Part shown: positions 23,996-24,957 of the stretch, in pieces | Position numbering within the stretch: the stretch's first letter is position 1 | Layout: each line of letters begins with the position of its first letter | Assembly: GCA_035695905.1 (NCBI GenBank) | Contig: DASRRF010000673.1 | Span: forward strand, 1-24,957 | DNA: 24,957 nt | Direction: 5' to 3' | Origin: Micromonosporaceae bacterium | GTDB taxonomy: Bacteria; Actinomycetota; Actinomycetes; Mycobacteriales; Micromonosporaceae | The notes under the pieces: model-generated | What the model saw: the letters and a program-made list of their open reading frames with translations, nothing else | Database searches by the model: none | Told to the model about the DNA's origin: nothing | Translations under genes and position numbers: made by a program

Positions 23996-24075
23996 GTCGC
24001 CTCCTCGCCTGCGGCTCGGACGCGCCGCTCGCGCAAGCTGCTGAGCCTGATGGTTCGCTCGCTACGCTCGCTCAC
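23988..24075 (-). mobile_element. Putative 80-bp MITE/REP-like insertion at the frdB/frdC junction flanked by an 8-bp direct repeat (GTGAGCGA)
   Basis: Direct repeat at 24068-24075 and 23988-23995. Internal AGCGAGCGTAGCGAGCGA motif, 7-bp stem (24013-24019/24041-24047, one G-T pair), own SD, and a 27-aa mini-ORF at 23992-24075. Confidence 0.5.
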
Positions 24076-24815
24076 TGTTTGCCCCACGGCATCAGCAGGG
24101 ACTTGACCGCGGCCATCGCGGCGGTCAGCTTGTAGCGCTGGATCGCGCCGGCCGGATCGACACCCTTCGGGCACGCCCGCGAGCACTCCCCGACGAACGT
24201 GCAGTCCCAGATACCCTCGTGCGACGAGAGTACGGTCAGCCGCTGGTGCTCGCCCTCGTCGCGGGAGTCGAGGTTGTAGCGCTGCGCCAGCGCGATCGCC
24301 GCCGGCCCGATGAACTTGTTGTCCAAGCCGTACACCGGACAGGCCGAGTAGCACAGCATGCAGTTGATACACATGCTGAACTGCTGGTACTCCTCGAGCT
24401 CGGCCGGCGTCTGCAGGTACTCGCCGTCCTCGACCGGCTTCTCCTCGTCCCGGATGATCCACGGCTTGACCGCGCCGAGCTTGCGCATGAAGTCGGTCAT
24501 CTCGACGACAAGGTCGCGGATGATCGGGAAGTTGGCCAGCGGCTCGATCCGGATCGGCCCGGGCGCGTAGTCGGTCAGGAAGGTGGCGCAGGTCAGCTTC
24601 GGCTCGCCGTTGATGTTCGCGCCGCAGCTGCCGCAGATCCCCATCCGGCAGGACCAGCGGTACGACAATGTGCCGTCCAGCTCGTCCTTGACGAAGTTGA
24701 GCCCGTCGAGCACCGCCCAGTCCTTGCGCAGCGGCACCGCGTACTCGTCGAAGGTCGGCTTCTCCTCCTGCTCCGGCCGGTAGCGCGCTACCTGCAGGGT
24801 TATCTCGTCGGCCAT
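24072..24815 (-). CDS. frdB: Fumarate reductase iron-sulfur subunit
   Basis: [14 protein letters not shown] (2Fe-2S), [12 protein letters not shown] (4Fe-4S), [12 protein letters not shown] (3Fe-4S); operon context. Confidence 0.93.
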   Translation of the reverse strand: MADEITLQVARYRPEQEEKPTFDEYAVPLRKDWAVLDGLNFVKDELDGTLSYRWSCRMGICGSCGANINGEPKLTCATFLTDYAPGPIRIEPLANFPIIRDLVVEMTDFMRKLGAVKPWIIRDEEKPVEDGEYLQTPAELEEYQQFSMCINCMLCYSACPVYGLDNKFIGPAAIALAQRYNLDSRDEGEHQRLTVLSSHEGIWDCTFVGECSRACPKGVDPAGAIQRYKLTAAMAAVKSLLMPWGKQ

Positions 24816-24817
24816 CC

Positions 24818-24957
24818 TCACCTCCCGTAGACCCGTTCACCCGGTGGCCATCGGGTGATGGTGACCGGCCAGTGCTCGACCCGCGGCGATCCGTCGGTGT
24901 CGCGGTACACGATGGAATGAGCCAGGAAGCGCTCGTCGTCGCGGGCGGGAAAGTCGG
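24818..24957 (-). CDS. frdA: Fumarate reductase flavoprotein subunit, 3' fragment (missed by the ORF track)
   Basis: Manual translation [45 protein letters not shown] matches the FrdA/SdhA C-terminal pattern; TGA at 24820-24818. Confidence 0.85.
   Translation of the reverse strand, partial: DFPARDDERFLAHSIVYRDTDGSPRVEHWPVTITRWPPGERVYGR

Overview
High-GC (~72%, estimated by eye) actinobacterial DNA that looks like Micromonosporaceae. It is almost entirely coding, with no CRISPR array, RNA gene, transposase or prophage gene visible. Gene order: 5'-truncated X-Pro dipeptidyl-peptidase (+), His-motif lipoprotein (+), then 15 consecutive minus-strand genes. In transcription order these are: a Tat-type intradiol-dioxygenase-like lipoprotein; an AfsR/SARP (BTAD-NB-ARC-TPR) regulator; a tightly coupled seven-gene signalling operon glnX - glnH - helical hypothetical - pknG-like kinase - Zn-ribbon PP2C - vWA - Zn-ribbon FHA; an AlkZ-family glycosylase; dppA D-aminopeptidase; an esterase; an ECF sigma factor; and a single-pass protein carrying an FtsX extracellular domain. 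The window ends with hrpA (+) and the 3' part of an E. coli-type frdABCD operon (-). The most notable observations are: (1) a dispersed 13-17 bp palindrome, core GTCCACWGTGGAC, with 13 copies at <=2 mismatches inside unrelated genes, often on A/T-ending codons; (2) the extended PknG operon with its own phosphatase, vWA and FHA partners sharing Zn-ribbons; (3) an 80-bp element at the frdB/frdC junction, flanked by an 8-bp direct repeat, that preserves translational coupling through a mini-ORF; (4) an ECF sigma paired with an anti-sigma-like protein using an FtsX ectodomain. All family assignments come from motif recognition, not database searches.
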